Shown here one piece after another: positions 27,601 through 39,502 of a stretch of 64,000 bases of DNA. Source of the DNA: Anolis carolinensis (Eukaryota); NCBI RefSeq assembly GCF_035594765.1, contig NC_085845.1:30560024-30624023 (forward strand), in the 5' to 3' direction. The notes under the pieces were generated by a model. It was not told the origin of the DNA. It saw only the letters and a program-made list of their open reading frames with translations, and ran no database searches. Made by a program: the position numbers and the translations under genes. The stretch's first letter is position 1; every line of letters begins with the position of its first letter.

Positions 27601-30600
27601 AGTAAATAAATGATGTATATTTGTTGGTTTTATCCTGCCTTTCTCCTGAAATTGAGAATCTAGGCAGCTTACAGTTTAAAAGAGCAATGCAGTCTAAAAC
27701 ATACAAAAAGTGCACATTCAAAAAGAATTAAAGTAGGCACAATATTAAAATACGTCAAATTTCTAGCTAAAAGACTAATGCTATTTCAAAGATTTAAAAG
27801 CAATTTAAAACAGTTCAGTTTTAAACAAAACAATACGGCACCCCCTAGCCTGTTCCTTAAAACCCTCTGTAATAAAAGCATGTCAGAATAAAATGGGGTT
27901 TGCTTTCAAATAGAAACAGGGAGGGGACTATTCTTGCCTCCCTGGAAAGAGAGTTCCACAATCTAAGGGCGGCCAACAAGAAAGCTGTCTCACATTCCCA
28001 CCAACCATGTTTGTGAAGATGGTAGAACTGAGAGAAGGGACTCTGCTGATCTCAGGGCCCAAGCAGGTACATTCAGGGAGTCATGTAGGGATTTATAAGT
28101 CATAACCAACACTTTGAATTGTGTCCAGAAACAAACTAAGAGCTAATAGAGCTCTTTTAGCATAGTGCAGTGTGGTCGCTATAAACTGCGCCTGTTAGCA
28201 CTGACTGCAGCTTTTTTGCTGATGGGTCTGACCGCTCTTCAAAGACAGTCCCATGTAGAGCCCAATACAGTAGTCCAAATGGGATGTGCCAAATTATGTT
28301 TTCCTTGCTTACTTTTGCATTTGTTAAAAGATATATTTGTTTGGCTTATATATTGTGTTGCAGGGGAAGCTTTATTGCCCATTCTGCTTGTCTATTAGCT
28401 ATTCAATGTTTTGAGGTTTTGTCAAAAATGTGCATTTTCCTTAACAAAAATTAATAGAAGTGAATTTTCTGTATCCTTGACTAATGACTGTTTTAGTGAT
28501 GGGTCTTTAAGCATTCAACCACACTAAAATGGTAAGAATTATTAATACAGGTACAGAATATTTCATGGTAGGGTTAAATTTGTTTTGATAAGTTGAAAAT
28601 AGAATGAAATTAATAGAGCTGTTTCATTTCACTTGAGCTGATTCTCATACCTAAAACATTCAGATATAAAGTCAGCTGCTCATGAAAAATGATGGCTCAA
28701 TTATGAAGCTGAGAGATATATAATATTGAACATAACATTGACCTTGCTGAGTATTTGTCAAACATTTGGTATTAGAACACTATTGAAATGAATGCTTGGG
28801 TTGTAGTAGGGTATCCAGAAAAATAAATAAATTCTAGAATATGAAGAGTTCTAAGTTTTTTTTTTCTTGAAACGTTTTTATGTTCATTTTTTAAAGCAAC
28901 AACAGCAACAAGGGATCGCACAAAGAGCAAATAATGAAGAATCCCAAAGGTAAGAGGCACAGTTAACATTTAAATGTGAAATGCTACAATAATTGACAAG
29001 GCTGAGCGCGTTGAACTAAAAGCAGCCAAAGTCATATTAAAACTATAGCTGAAATTCTACATCTGTCATCCTAGCTATTTCTGCCAATGACACCTAACAA
29101 AAACACACTCTTAGCTCATCAGCACGCCAACCAAACAGTTTCAGAGGTACTGCAGATCAGGGAGCTAGGAAATAATGACTGCTGTGCCGCCCCCGCCCCC
29201 CCAGCTGAGAGATGCATTGGGTATTGAGATTGACAGCTGGAGAGTGCACCCAGCACTCTGAATCCCCATTACTTGGATTTCTGCCTGGCTTAAAAGGAGA
29301 GGTTTTGGGGTGGGAGGTCATGTTTGAGCATTAGTGACTATAGATATGGGTTTCAAATATTACAAGATTGTGAATCCAGCTTTCCGTTTCATAAATACTG
29401 AATAGAATGCCAGCTAGTATATCTGGGAATCTTCTTGTGAATGTGTTTTTGGTCATTTGGAATTTCCTGCAGCCAGTTCTACAAAACTGTCTCATATACT
29501 TTTTTAAAAAAGAGGGAAAATATGTTAGTGTTGTAGGCCAGTTGTCAGTTGCTTCTGAGACACTTTTCCAAACTTAGCCATCTTCATTGTAATGTGTCCA
29601 TTGTTTTACAGCTCGGTAGCAGAAGAGGATTTTGATTCTTACCTGAGAAATGTAAAACTGCAATATGAAGTTTTTCGGAGTAGCAGTAAGTGTGAATGTT
29701 ACGTAATCCCCCTCTGCCTTAAATTGCAACTACAACACCCAGTTGTTGCAATGAATATTGAATGCCTTTTTGCATGTAGATGTACACATACACATGGATA
29801 CTGAAGTGCAGCAATCCAGAATATATTGTTTTATACTTATATGTAAGTTGATGTCATGGTTTGGGGCCATAATTTTACTTTGACCTATGTCGAGGTTAAA
29901 ATTTGGGGAATGCATAATAAATAGATTTTTTTCTCTCCTTTTAAAAATACATAGATGGAACATATAGTACTTGGGAAGATCTAAATAGTAGGGAGTCTGT
30001 TTATTGGAGTGATTACAGGGGGTGTGGTAAATTGCATTGCTGACCATAAATTATCAACCTCTATACAAATACATGATTTGGAAAGGAATATAAACAAGGA
30101 GAGAGAATGAGAATGCAGTCTGAAAAAAGAATGAGAAAAGAGCAAGGAAAGCAAACTGCCTCCGTTAGGGACCCAGCACCAAGGCAATGACAAGAGGCAG
30201 AGGCAAAGAACTCCTCTGGATGGGGCGTAAGGGATACTCCCATCCCTCTCTTTCCCATCAAGATAGATAGCCCTCCTTCTTGATCCCCTTCTTTTTGGCC
30301 CAAATGGCATTCAGGATTCTGAAGGATATGCCACTCCTACTATTTTTGGTGCTTGACCGGAGTGGGACAATGCTGGTCATTTTTAATAAGGGTTTCCTGC
30401 ATAAGCATCTCTGTAGAGAGATTGTGATGTTCATTTTAATAGGGTCCAAATGGGTATGTTTGTTTATTGTTGTTGTTGTTGTAGGGCTGTCATCAGATGC
30501 TACTGTTTTGACACCAAATACAGAGAGCAGCTGTGACTTAATGACCAAAACCAAATCAACAAGTGGAAATGATGATAGTAACTCCTTAGATTTGGAATGG

Positions 30601-33439
30601 GAAGATGAAGAAGGTACTTATTTTATACTTTATTAAGAATCCTGCCTAAGTGATAAAATATATTTTTGCTATCTCAGCAGATGTTGGATTTTGAAGGTGA
30701 ACCTACATATGATATCCTTATTTATTCAAAAATTACCTATGTCACACAGGATAATGGAATTTCATCACTCACTATCTTCAAGGGAAAAAGAAATGTCTGC
30801 AGTTATTGAAAGGAGAAGAAATGTTATAGGCAAACATAAAAAATGAGTTTCTAATTCATTGTAGGATGAGATCTCATGCCAGTATCCCATATGTGCTCTT
30901 TCTGCAGCTTTTCTTGGGAGCTCAGTATAATGTCAGGCACATGGTCAAAAGATATAAACTATACAGTCTGTGCTGATGAAGACTTGCATATGCTGACAAA
31001 TATTAGGTTGAATGAAATTGCCATAATAAGCCATTTCACTGAAAACATTTAAAAATTGTTAGTAAATTGGAACACACTTATATGAAATGTGTATTAAGGC
31101 CACCCCTTAGTACTTTAAGACCTTTCTACTAAAATATGTAATTAGTACAGAGATTAGTAAAAAGTGGTATGCCCAAACTTCTGGGAACTTTTAGGAACAG
31201 AGTTTTGTATGTGTAAGAAAAAAGCCTCCAGAATTTTTTTTTAATAGTAAAATCATAAGTGGAATGTAATTCACTTCTTTATCAATTATAGTTCCTTTTG
31301 TAGGAGGGAGCATTTTTGAGCTTACAGAGTCTAGTAGGCTGAAAATTGGGATCCAGGTCTTCCAGAGTCATCCACACTTGAATTGAAAACACACATTTTG
31401 CAGCAGCAGTTTCTTGATTTTTTGTTGCAATAGTAGGTTGTCTTATTTCTGGGTTTTAACAACAAAACTACAAGAAATGTCATTGGTAGTCTATTGTTTT
31501 TTTTATGTGGGTTGTGAAAGTAATTAAATAATTGCGAAAATTTAGGGTACAGATTTATGCTAAGTTCACCTGAGCAGCTGAAAGAAATAGTAGTATGGTG
31601 TTTCTCTGTCCTTGCAGAGAAACTATTTTCCCCAGTCAATTATAGTAGTGAGTGACTGAATCACATGATAAAAGAATGCTCTTTCTCTACATAAAATTGC
31701 ATATTCTGCATATTGAGGACACCAATGTAGCAACTAGTGAAAATCAGTTATAAATTGTTTAGGAAAAAAAACCTAATATATATGGGCAATATATCTTGCA
31801 AAACAAAATATATATATATGTAAGCAAACATTTATTTAATTTGTCTAATGTAGCCACGTAATGGGCAGAAAAGCCTCTTTCAGTCAATGAGAAGAGCTTC
31901 TGACTTCCAGGTGAACATGTGTAACAACTAGAGGCGTTTAATAGGTTGTAAAAATGAACACTTAAAGGAAATCACTAGTGGGTTTTGATATGGAAAGATT
32001 TGTGAGGGATATTCTTAAATTGTTGATCTGCACTGCTATTTTGTGTGTAGATCCTGAGATGATTATTTTTAATTAAAAGAGAGAGATGATAAAAGTGATA
32101 TGTTCCCACTCCTGAGGTAACCTAAACTGGGATTCTGTCTTTCTTGTTTTGGAATGTAGATAATCTCTCATGACAGAGCGGTCATGAGACACAGAATCTG
32201 CTTATAAAATAGTCTGGTCCAGGATGCATAAAGTTTGATAACAAACCATTTTTCCTCCTGCAACAATTATTTGAACTTTCCTGTGGGGAAAAAGAATAAT
32301 CTGCATATTTCTAACTTTTAAAAAGCATCCTGATATTTTTTTTCTTAATCAGAAAAGAATGCCATTTATTTATTTACAGCATTTCTACCCCACGTTTCTT
32401 ACCTGAGGGGACTCAAGGCGGCTTAGAGAAACAGGCAAAATTCAGTGTACAAAACAAAATTCAATAAAATCAAGCAACACATTTAAATCAATTAACAATA
32501 CTTAATAAAAACCATTATAAAAAACTTAAAACATATAAATACTTAAATCCATTCGTCCAGAAACCTTGTACGTAAACCTTAGTTCAGACCATGTCAGATC
32601 ATAGTGCTTATTCATTGAATACTTGTGCACATAGCTATGTCTTTAGATTTTTCCTAAAGCCCAGAAGAGTCGGGGCCTGCCGAATATTGCTAGGGAGGGT
32701 GTTCCACAGCCAAGGAGCCACCACCGAGAAGGCCCTGTCCCTCATTCCTACCAGCCACGCTTGTGAGGCAGGTGGGACTGAGAGCAGGGCCTCCCCAGAC
32801 GATCTTAAAGTTCTTGATGGCTCATAGAAGGAGATACATTCAGACAAGTAATTCAGACCATCCATGATTGTAATGCAATCATTCTTGTATGTAAAATAAC
32901 AATTTACAAAATCCTCTTTATAGAGAAGAGTCCAGAACGTGGATGCTATCATTTATCAAGATCGAAATGCCAGTAAAAAATAGCTATACCTCTGTAAATC
33001 ATAGCCTATTGTACATATTTTCAGATTGGTTTAAATACACTGTGTTGAGTAGGATGTTTTCGTTTAGATACTAATTAATTCCAGATGCATCTATTTGAAT
33101 CCCCAGACCTTTGAAAGATTAGTAAATTAAATAATTTAAATAGAATTCTGTTAATCCAAGTTCTTAATTACAGGTATAAACAGAATGATCCCACTGCGAG
33201 AACGTTCAAAAACAGAAGAAGATATACTCCGTGCAGCACTAAAATTTAGTGGCAAAAAAACAGGAAGTCATCCAACTTCTGCCTCTGATGATTCAAATGG
33301 TCTGGAATGGGAAAACGATTTTGTTAGTGCTGAAATGGATGATAATGGCAACTCTGAGTATGCTGGGTTTGTAAACCCTGTTTTAGAACTGCCTGCATCA
33401 GACAAAAAAACATCTCATGCGGCTCAACAAGACAGATAA
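13475..33439 (+). CDS. AP1AR: AP-1 complex-associated regulatory protein (gadkin/gamma-BAR). 10 coding exons: 13475-13557, 21652-21700, 22837-22863, 23945-23970, 25186-25282, 27286-27384, 28897-28949, 29612-29685, 30485-30613, 33174-33439; 903 nt, 300 aa
   Basis: The spliced translation ([12 protein letters not shown]...[42 protein letters not shown]...[15 protein letters not shown]...[44 protein letters not shown]...[15 protein letters not shown]...[21 protein letters not shown]...) matches recalled vertebrate AP1AR. All introns are GT-AG, phases match, and the total length is divisible by 3. The AP1AR-TIFA neighbourhood matches mammalian synteny. Confidence 0.96.
13748..13896. mobile_element. 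PIF/Harbinger-like MITE
   Basis: gggcccttccac ... gtggaagggccc long TIRs; very similar copy at 57369. Confidence 0.8.
14209..14341. mobile_element. hAT MITE
   Basis: cagtggttctcaacctg TIRs, 8-bp TSD ATTTATTG. Confidence 0.9.
14350..14892 (+). mobile_element. Penelope-like retroelement remnant with an inverted partial pLTR
   Basis: 14360-14426 is an inverted copy of about 14772-14840; each arm carries a minimal hammerhead-like CTGAGGA...GAAAC motif. Confidence 0.75.
15150..16322 (-). mobile_element. CR1 LINE 3' portion, interrupted at about 15580-15835
   Basis: ORFs [20 protein letters not shown] and [18 protein letters not shown]...QQWNSLP match the CR1 ORF2 C-terminus. Confidence 0.92.
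16690..17510 (-). mobile_element. L2 LINE 3' fragment with a nested hAT MITE
   Basis: ggggactcagag tail motif and degenerate L2 ORF2-like sequence. Confidence 0.6.
17149..17275. mobile_element. hAT MITE (family of 14209)
   Basis: cagtggttct TIRs; TSD atttaggg/gtttaggg. Confidence 0.85.
18313..18363 (+). repeat. (AAT)n microsatellite
   Basis: About 17 units. Confidence 0.95.
21652..21700 (+). CDS. AP1AR: AP1AR coding exon 2
   Basis: tttcttag|G acceptor; [16 protein letters not shown]; donor GAG|gtgagt. Confidence 0.95.
22837..22863 (+). CDS. AP1AR: AP1AR coding exon 3 (27-nt micro-exon)
   Basis: ttttcag| acceptor; FENLVESDE; donor GAA|gtaagt. Confidence 0.95.
23945..23970 (+). CDS. AP1AR: AP1AR coding exon 4 (26-nt micro-exon)
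   Basis: ttattacag| acceptor; GESPGSSQ(R); donor AG|gtaagt. Confidence 0.93.
25186..25282 (+). CDS. AP1AR: AP1AR coding exon 5
   Basis: cttttcag| acceptor; [32 protein letters not shown]; donor GAG|gtaagt. Confidence 0.95.
27286..27384 (+). CDS. AP1AR: AP1AR coding exon 6 (coiled coil)
   Basis: cacag| acceptor; [33 protein letters not shown]; donor GAG|gtgagg. Confidence 0.95.
27625..28290 (-). mobile_element. Old L2 LINE 3' fragment
   Basis: gagttccaca...ggcggccaacaagaaagc...cccaccaacc resembles the L2 copies at 32600 and 45200. Confidence 0.55.
28897..28949 (+). CDS. AP1AR: AP1AR coding exon 7
   Basis: ttttttaaag| acceptor; [17 protein letters not shown]; donor AG|gtaaga. Phase 0-to-2 fits both neighbours; the sequence is divergent from human. 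Confidence 0.82.
29612..29685 (+). CDS. AP1AR: AP1AR coding exon 8
   Basis: ttttacag| acceptor; [24 protein letters not shown]; donor A|gtaagt. Confidence 0.94.
30485..30613 (+). CDS. AP1AR: AP1AR coding exon 9
   Basis: gttgtag| acceptor; [42 protein letters not shown]; donor G|gtactt. Confidence 0.95.
32366..32860 (-). mobile_element. L2 LINE 3' end
   Basis: [14 protein letters not shown]...[34 protein letters not shown] with a (TAAA)n tail. Confidence 0.88.
33174..33439 (+). CDS. AP1AR: AP1AR last coding exon (contains the WENDF AP-1 ear-binding motif)
   Basis: ttacag| acceptor; [23 protein letters not shown]...WENDF...QQDR, TAA stop. Confidence 0.96.
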
Positions 33440-36130
33440 TGAAATCATGTGACACTTGGCTATCTGACCAAAAGGTTGAAGTTGGACAAAATGTACAGAT
33501 CTGTATTGTGCACAATCCTCCAGTCATTGCTTCTGCACATCTTCCTTTAACACAAGGAAGTTGCACAGTGATAGTACTTGAACTGAGTTCAAAATGATTC
33601 CTAGAAAAATAAGGAAACTGTTATACTGTTTGTCAGTTAAGAAATAGCAGTATGGTTTGCTACCTGAATTTTAAATTGTAAGTGCAATTTTTTCATCTGC
33701 CTTTGGAATTCTATGGAAACACTTGAGTAATTCCATTGTGTCAGTTCGTGGAATTTAGCATACATTCATCCACTCAAAATGACCCATCACAACTTCATGT
33801 TTTAATCGATGATTTTAATCTAAGGCTGTTCGATTCCTTTGAATTTACATTGGTATTACATTTATATCCTTATTTCAATAGGAAGTCTCCTTGAGACCTT
33901 AATACTTGAATCATGAACTTGTTTTCTGTTGGGCGTGTTACCGAAATTATAGCAAACTTTTACACTTGGAAATGATTAAACTTCTGAGTTTATTTGCTTT
34001 TTTAAATGATTAGCTATCAAGCACAGTACTTTTTACAGAGGTTGTGAGAATCATATTGTAGTGCAAAAACTAAGTTTATTAGGAATTGAACTCTGAATAG
34101 AGAAGGATGTTAGAAGACATCTATTTCATTTAAATTATCTGCTCATGTCATTTAAAAAACTGGAAACTAAAGTTTTATGGAAGTAACACCAGAAACAAAA
34201 GTTCCTCTTTTTGCCTGTCTTGGAATGCCAAAAAATGCTGCTGATATGAAGATTTTTCTTGTATGTTTTTAAGTTGCAGAAAATTATTTGTTAAACAGTA
34301 GCTGACATAACAGCTCAGTTTTTAAAATGTTCTTTTCATGCAGAAGACACAAAGCATGACTACTTACTGTGGATGTATTGATGCAAATATCACTGCTACA
34401 AATCTATCAAGTGTGTGAAACATTCCATTCATATAAATAATTACTGGGGATGAAAGCTTGAAGTTTGAAAGAAGATGGATGATGTGGGTGGTGTCGTTCA
34501 AATATTTTGCTTCGCTCACAATCTTGTTGGTTTTAATTCTGAAGAGAGGGTTTTCAGTGCCAGATATAAGTATTCAGCACTTGTCAAATTCCACTTTGAT
34601 TTTTTTTCCTGACAATAAAACTGCTTTTGTAATTGAATTTGCTCTTTAAGAATAAATGTCATCTGCACAGATATTTAATTCATAATAAACCTGAATACTT
34701 AATGTTCAGCAGTACAGTAGATCAGAGTAGCAGCAGTATTTGTTTTGCATGCTTGCCTCCTGCTAGTTTCTGAACTATATACTGACTTCCTAGTCCTTCT
34801 GTGGCGCCATCTTTCTCTTTTCTGAAAGGATAATAAAGGTTGTTTGCAATATATATGTAAGAATGAAACTGTGCACATTCCTACAGGCAGGACCAATGCT
34901 CTTGGCAGCAGCTGCCACTACAAGGAAAAACAAAACTACAACACAGAAAATAACTGACTTTGGTAGAACTGCATCTCTCACTGAAACTTTGCTAACCATG
35001 GCAGTGTTCTTTGTAATGACCAGCGGGTGAAATACATGAGCTAATGGTTGATGGCAACATTTAGTCTCCTTTTAATCTGTCTGCATCTGTTCCTCTGCTA
35101 TCCTGTATCAGGCCTTCACTGCTGTTTTCTAATGATACATTAATTATGTCCTATTATGTCTTCTGTATATTTTAGCTTTTCCTGCTCTCATGTCTTGATT
35201 ACTTTACAAAACTTAATTCCAGATTCACTGTTTATTTTTACATTGCCCCAATACTATATTATGGATGTTAAGTGGTCAGTGGCAGTAAACTAATTATTAA
35301 GTATTTGTATGGCTACTTTAACCTTTGTAAGAGGCCAAGATCACTTTATACTGATTTCTTCCCTGTGTGCCTTTTATGTTAAGAGAAAGAGCTTATGTAC
35401 ATATGACAGCTTGGAAAGCTTAACCTTTTTTCATTTATTGCATTTCTTAAAGAGGTTTTGTTGCTAAAATGTTTACATGTCAAGCTGGTAATATGTTTTA
35501 TTTTTCAATGCTGGTAATATGTTTTATTATAAGAAATTTGTGCACTTCAAGTGTATATTTTTGGTTTCACACAAGCTATAGTACTATGTCTTTCCCTGAC
35601 TTTTTCATGTTACTGGTCTTTAAAGTTTAAATTTATCAAGCTGTGAATAAATTTTTTACACACTTGAAAATTATGGCGATGTTAAAGTTTGTATTTGAAA
35701 CTGAAAGAAGTACAAAAAATAACATCCTGTAAAACCTGCAAGTAGCCGATGAAGCAATAACTGTTAATTGCAATCAGGCAAGCGTTGTTCAATACGTGCT
35801 ATATCTGTAGCCAATTATTTGGTGTCATTTATGTACTACTTAGCTGCAATCCTGTACACTTAGAAACATGTTCCATTGAAATCAATAGGTATTCTGAATA
35901 AAGATGCCTAAGATTTTCACAATACCGTTTTAAAGATTTTTGAGGTACAGTTTTTACTTTTATCTTGTGATATTACTGTCCGTGGATGATATTACTGTCC
36001 GTGCTGTTTGAAGAACCCACTGACTTACCAATATTTTTCAAGGCTTTCTAAAAAAAAACCTGGACACTAGTTAGTAAAATCGCTAAAATTCATAGTGAAC
36101 TTTTTGCAAGCTGCAATGACAATAAATAAA
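33440..36130 (+). other. AP1AR: Probable long AP1AR 3'UTR; candidate AATAAA signals near 35646, 35897 and 36121
   Basis: AT-rich, transposon-poor sequence after the stop with several AATAAA hexamers. The true end cannot be fixed from sequence alone. Confidence 0.5.
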
Positions 36131-37119
36131 TAACCTGCTGCTTTTAACTTGTCTATAAATCATTTGAAGTTGGGCATGTGTATTGACATTGTCAAGTCCA
36201 CATAGAACACAAAATTATACCTTCCTTGTTGAACAGCTGCACAAACTTCCGGGTACAATTCAAAGTCATGTCCCTACATGGTTTAGTCCTAACTATCTGA
36301 AAGACTGTATCTCCTTATAAAAATCTACCTGAATCCTATGATCTACAGTTGAGGATCCCCCCCCCCCAAACCTCCATTTTCTTTTCACCAGCAGGCAAAG
36401 ACTTCCTTTTCAAGCAGGCTTTTAACATGTAAGCTAGAGAACTTTTTAAGGGTTTTTTTTTCAAAATGTATGTATGTTTTAAATGTTTATACTGTTGTAT
36501 CTGCTTTTCATTATTTTAAAATATATATTGTGATTTTTGTTGCTTTTTTTTTTGGATTTGGAAGATGCCTTGAATCTTATTCTGGGAGGAAGGTAGCATA
36601 CAAATGCAGTAAATAAATAAAGATGTGGGGAGGACTACAGTACATATACTCCTGTAGGATTTGTCCAAACTGGATAAATGGTGTGGTAAATATGGTTTGC
36701 TGTTAAGTGAACAGATGCATGCTTTGGCAAAAGCCTTAGCTTTATACACATTGGCTTATTGATAGCCCTGAGTTGAGGAGAGCCTTTGATTCAATGGGAT
36801 TGGCCTATAACTGTGGTAACTCACAATTGATTTGCTAGGTCTACACTAGTTGTAAATGACCAACAGGAAACCAGCCATGGATTGGAATCTGTACCTATGT
36901 TGACTGATCAGGAAGGAGATGTTGTGGTGAGTTGTGTTGAGAGTATATCTAGAACTGTAATAAGAGATTTCATATTGGGGGTTGTTGAGAAAGGAACTGT
37001 GAAATAAAATAATCAGCATTTTGCTACTAATTTGATTCTTGATCATGACAATGGACTGATGACCTGTAACCTACCTCAGTCCAGAAAGATCTAGAGCATT
37101 GCTTTTGTATTATGCTTTT

Positions 37120-38450
37120 TTTTATTAAATTGTAAATAAAGATTTTACAAAAGTACAAACCATTACAGCAAAAGTACTAAATATTCAAAAACAGCAGAGT
37201 AGAAAAAAGGAAACTGGGAAAAGTGGGGGAGGGGAAAGGAGAATACGTGCGCGCACACACACACACATATATATATATATGTAATTGACTACAATTAAAA
37301 TTAACACTAAACTATGCTAAGGACTAATACACCATACTAAGACACTAACCTAATGACTATATGCAAACACATCAGGGCTCTGACCCCACAATCCACACTG
37401 CAATGAATTAAATCCTTTAGGATTGCTAATACTGGTAACTCAAATATCATTACATCATGATAATTGGTCATAAAATCCATAAAATGCTCTTCATCTTTAA
37501 CATTCACATTATCTTAGCAATTTGGGCTAACTCAGCAACTTCAACAACAATCCATCCTTCCATCATCAGTGCTCTGGTCCACTTGCAGGTTTGAGTAAAC
37601 AGTATTCTACCGACTGATTTCATGTATTGAAGAAGTAGCCCAGAGTTGTTTATCTTGTTCATGGTCCTTAATACATAACAAAAATATCACTGGTAACATT
37701 GCAGATCCCATCTTCAGATTTCTTTAAGTCAACATCTATATCCCAGACTAATAACTTTTTCTTATGAGTCTCCTATATGTGAAAGATCTGTTCTCTTGAC
37801 ATCTCCAACTTTAGTTTGATGCATTTTGGACATTTGTTATTTGGATTTAAGTATCATTTATCCATGTTATGGAGCCCCGGTGGCTCAGTGGATTAAAACC
37901 CTTGTGCCGGTAGGACTGATGACTTGAAAGTTGTGTTGCTGACCTGAAGGTTGCCGGTTCAAATCTAACCTGGGGAGAGCGCAGATGAGTTCCCTCTATC
38001 AGCTCCAGCTCCATACATGAGAGAAGCCTCCCACAAGGATGGTCAAAACATCTGGGTGGCCCCTGGGCAACATTCTTGCAGATTGCCAATTCTCACTCCA
38101 GAAGTAATTGGTGGTTTCTCAAGTTGCTCCTGACATGACAAAAAAATCATCATGTTGTACACTTATGTTTCAGTTACTACCCAAAGTAAATGTTTTATCT
38201 TTGGTCCACAGTTTTTTCACATAATCATTTGAACATTATGCCCAAAATATTGAGCCCAACTTCTCATATAATCTTTTACTGGTTCATCATCTGTCTGTCA
38301 TTCCAAAATATATTTGTACACTTTTTTTTACTTACATGATCATCATTCTTACACAATTCTAACTAAAGTTAAATTCCTCCAGCCTCCTTAGTTTTTTTTT
38401 CTTGTACTCTTAAAGTTCTCTTTAAATTGCAAACAAAAGAAGCAGTCAAT
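37120..38450 (-). mobile_element. Degenerate L1/Tx1-like LINE 3' fragment with a nested SINE
   Basis: Poly-T/tttatt end at 37120 and Trp-rich, AT-rich antisense remnants. Confidence 0.4.
37871..38146 (+). mobile_element. tRNA-derived SINE, A-tailed
   Basis: ggagccccggtggctcagtgg box A, ggttcaaatc box B, ctcctgacatgacaaaaaaa tail. Confidence 0.85.
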
Positions 38451-38564
38451 CTCTTGACTTGTTTTTAGGATACAGTAAATAGATCTAAGGTGACACTGAT
38501 GAATCTTCTGAGTAAATAGTGATTAGCCAGTTTTAGACAGGACGCCACACATTCTGAAGTACAT

Positions 38565-38862
38565 GTTGTATATCTCTAGTCCAAAATGTTTGAGACTAGA
38601 GTTATTTTCTATTTTTGAAAAGACTTTATAATACCTGTATTTGCATATATGTAATAATGAGTTATCTTGGAAATAGGACCCAAATCTAAACATGAAATCC
38701 ATTTCACAAACACCTAACCTTTTATACATTTTTAAAACAATGTTTGTGTATGAAACAATGTTTGTGTACATTCAGTCATTGAAAAACAAAGGTATCACTA
38801 TTTTAGGCATCCCTGTAGACAATTTGGGATTTTGGAATTCTGGATGAGGGATGCTCAACCTG
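38565..38862. mobile_element. Tigger/MER2-like DNA element
   Basis: gggatgctcaacctg-TA terminus. Confidence 0.55.
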
Positions 38863-39502
38863 TATTAAGTTTGTATCTTGAAGCTTCTCATCTTCGTCTC
38901 CCAGAGGATTTCAACATCTTTGGATGCTCAAGTCCCATTATAATTCAATGGTGTAGTAAAATGGCGTTCCGTATATAAAACAGCAAAATCAAGGTTTGCT
39001 TTTTGGAATGGTTTGGTTTTCATTTTTAAAGAATATTTTGAATCTCTGGATAGTTTAATACATAGACACAGAATCTGTGGACACAAAGTGCTGACTAATT
39101 GGCAGTACAGCTTTCAGTTAGAGCAGTATAGAAGCACAAAGGAAAATTCCCACCTGTTATTAGAAGGAGAGAGGGAATCCTTCAAAGAAGTTACTGGCAA
39201 GAGGGCAGGAGACCTTCAAAAATGGAGGATAGGGACACACACACACACGTCAAAATTAGACCATTTTCTGTTATGGTGTTTCTTCAAATTGTTTCCCGCC
39301 AATAGTGACCTTAAAGCAAACACATCATGAGGATTTCTTGGCAATACTTGTTCAATGAAGGTTTACTTTTGCATCCCTTTAAAGTTGAGAAGTTGCAAAT
39401 TGCCCATAGACACCAGTGGGTTTCTATGATCTCTAGGATCATGGTCCAGCGCTCAAACCTCTATACCACACTGGCCTTTGCTGCTCATTGAGCGTTTCTC
39501 AT

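Noticed and set aside
35967-36003. 19-bp tandem duplication (tgatattactgtccgtg) in the AP1AR 3' region
   Set aside because: Two-copy slippage duplication; not CRISPR-like and no evidence of function
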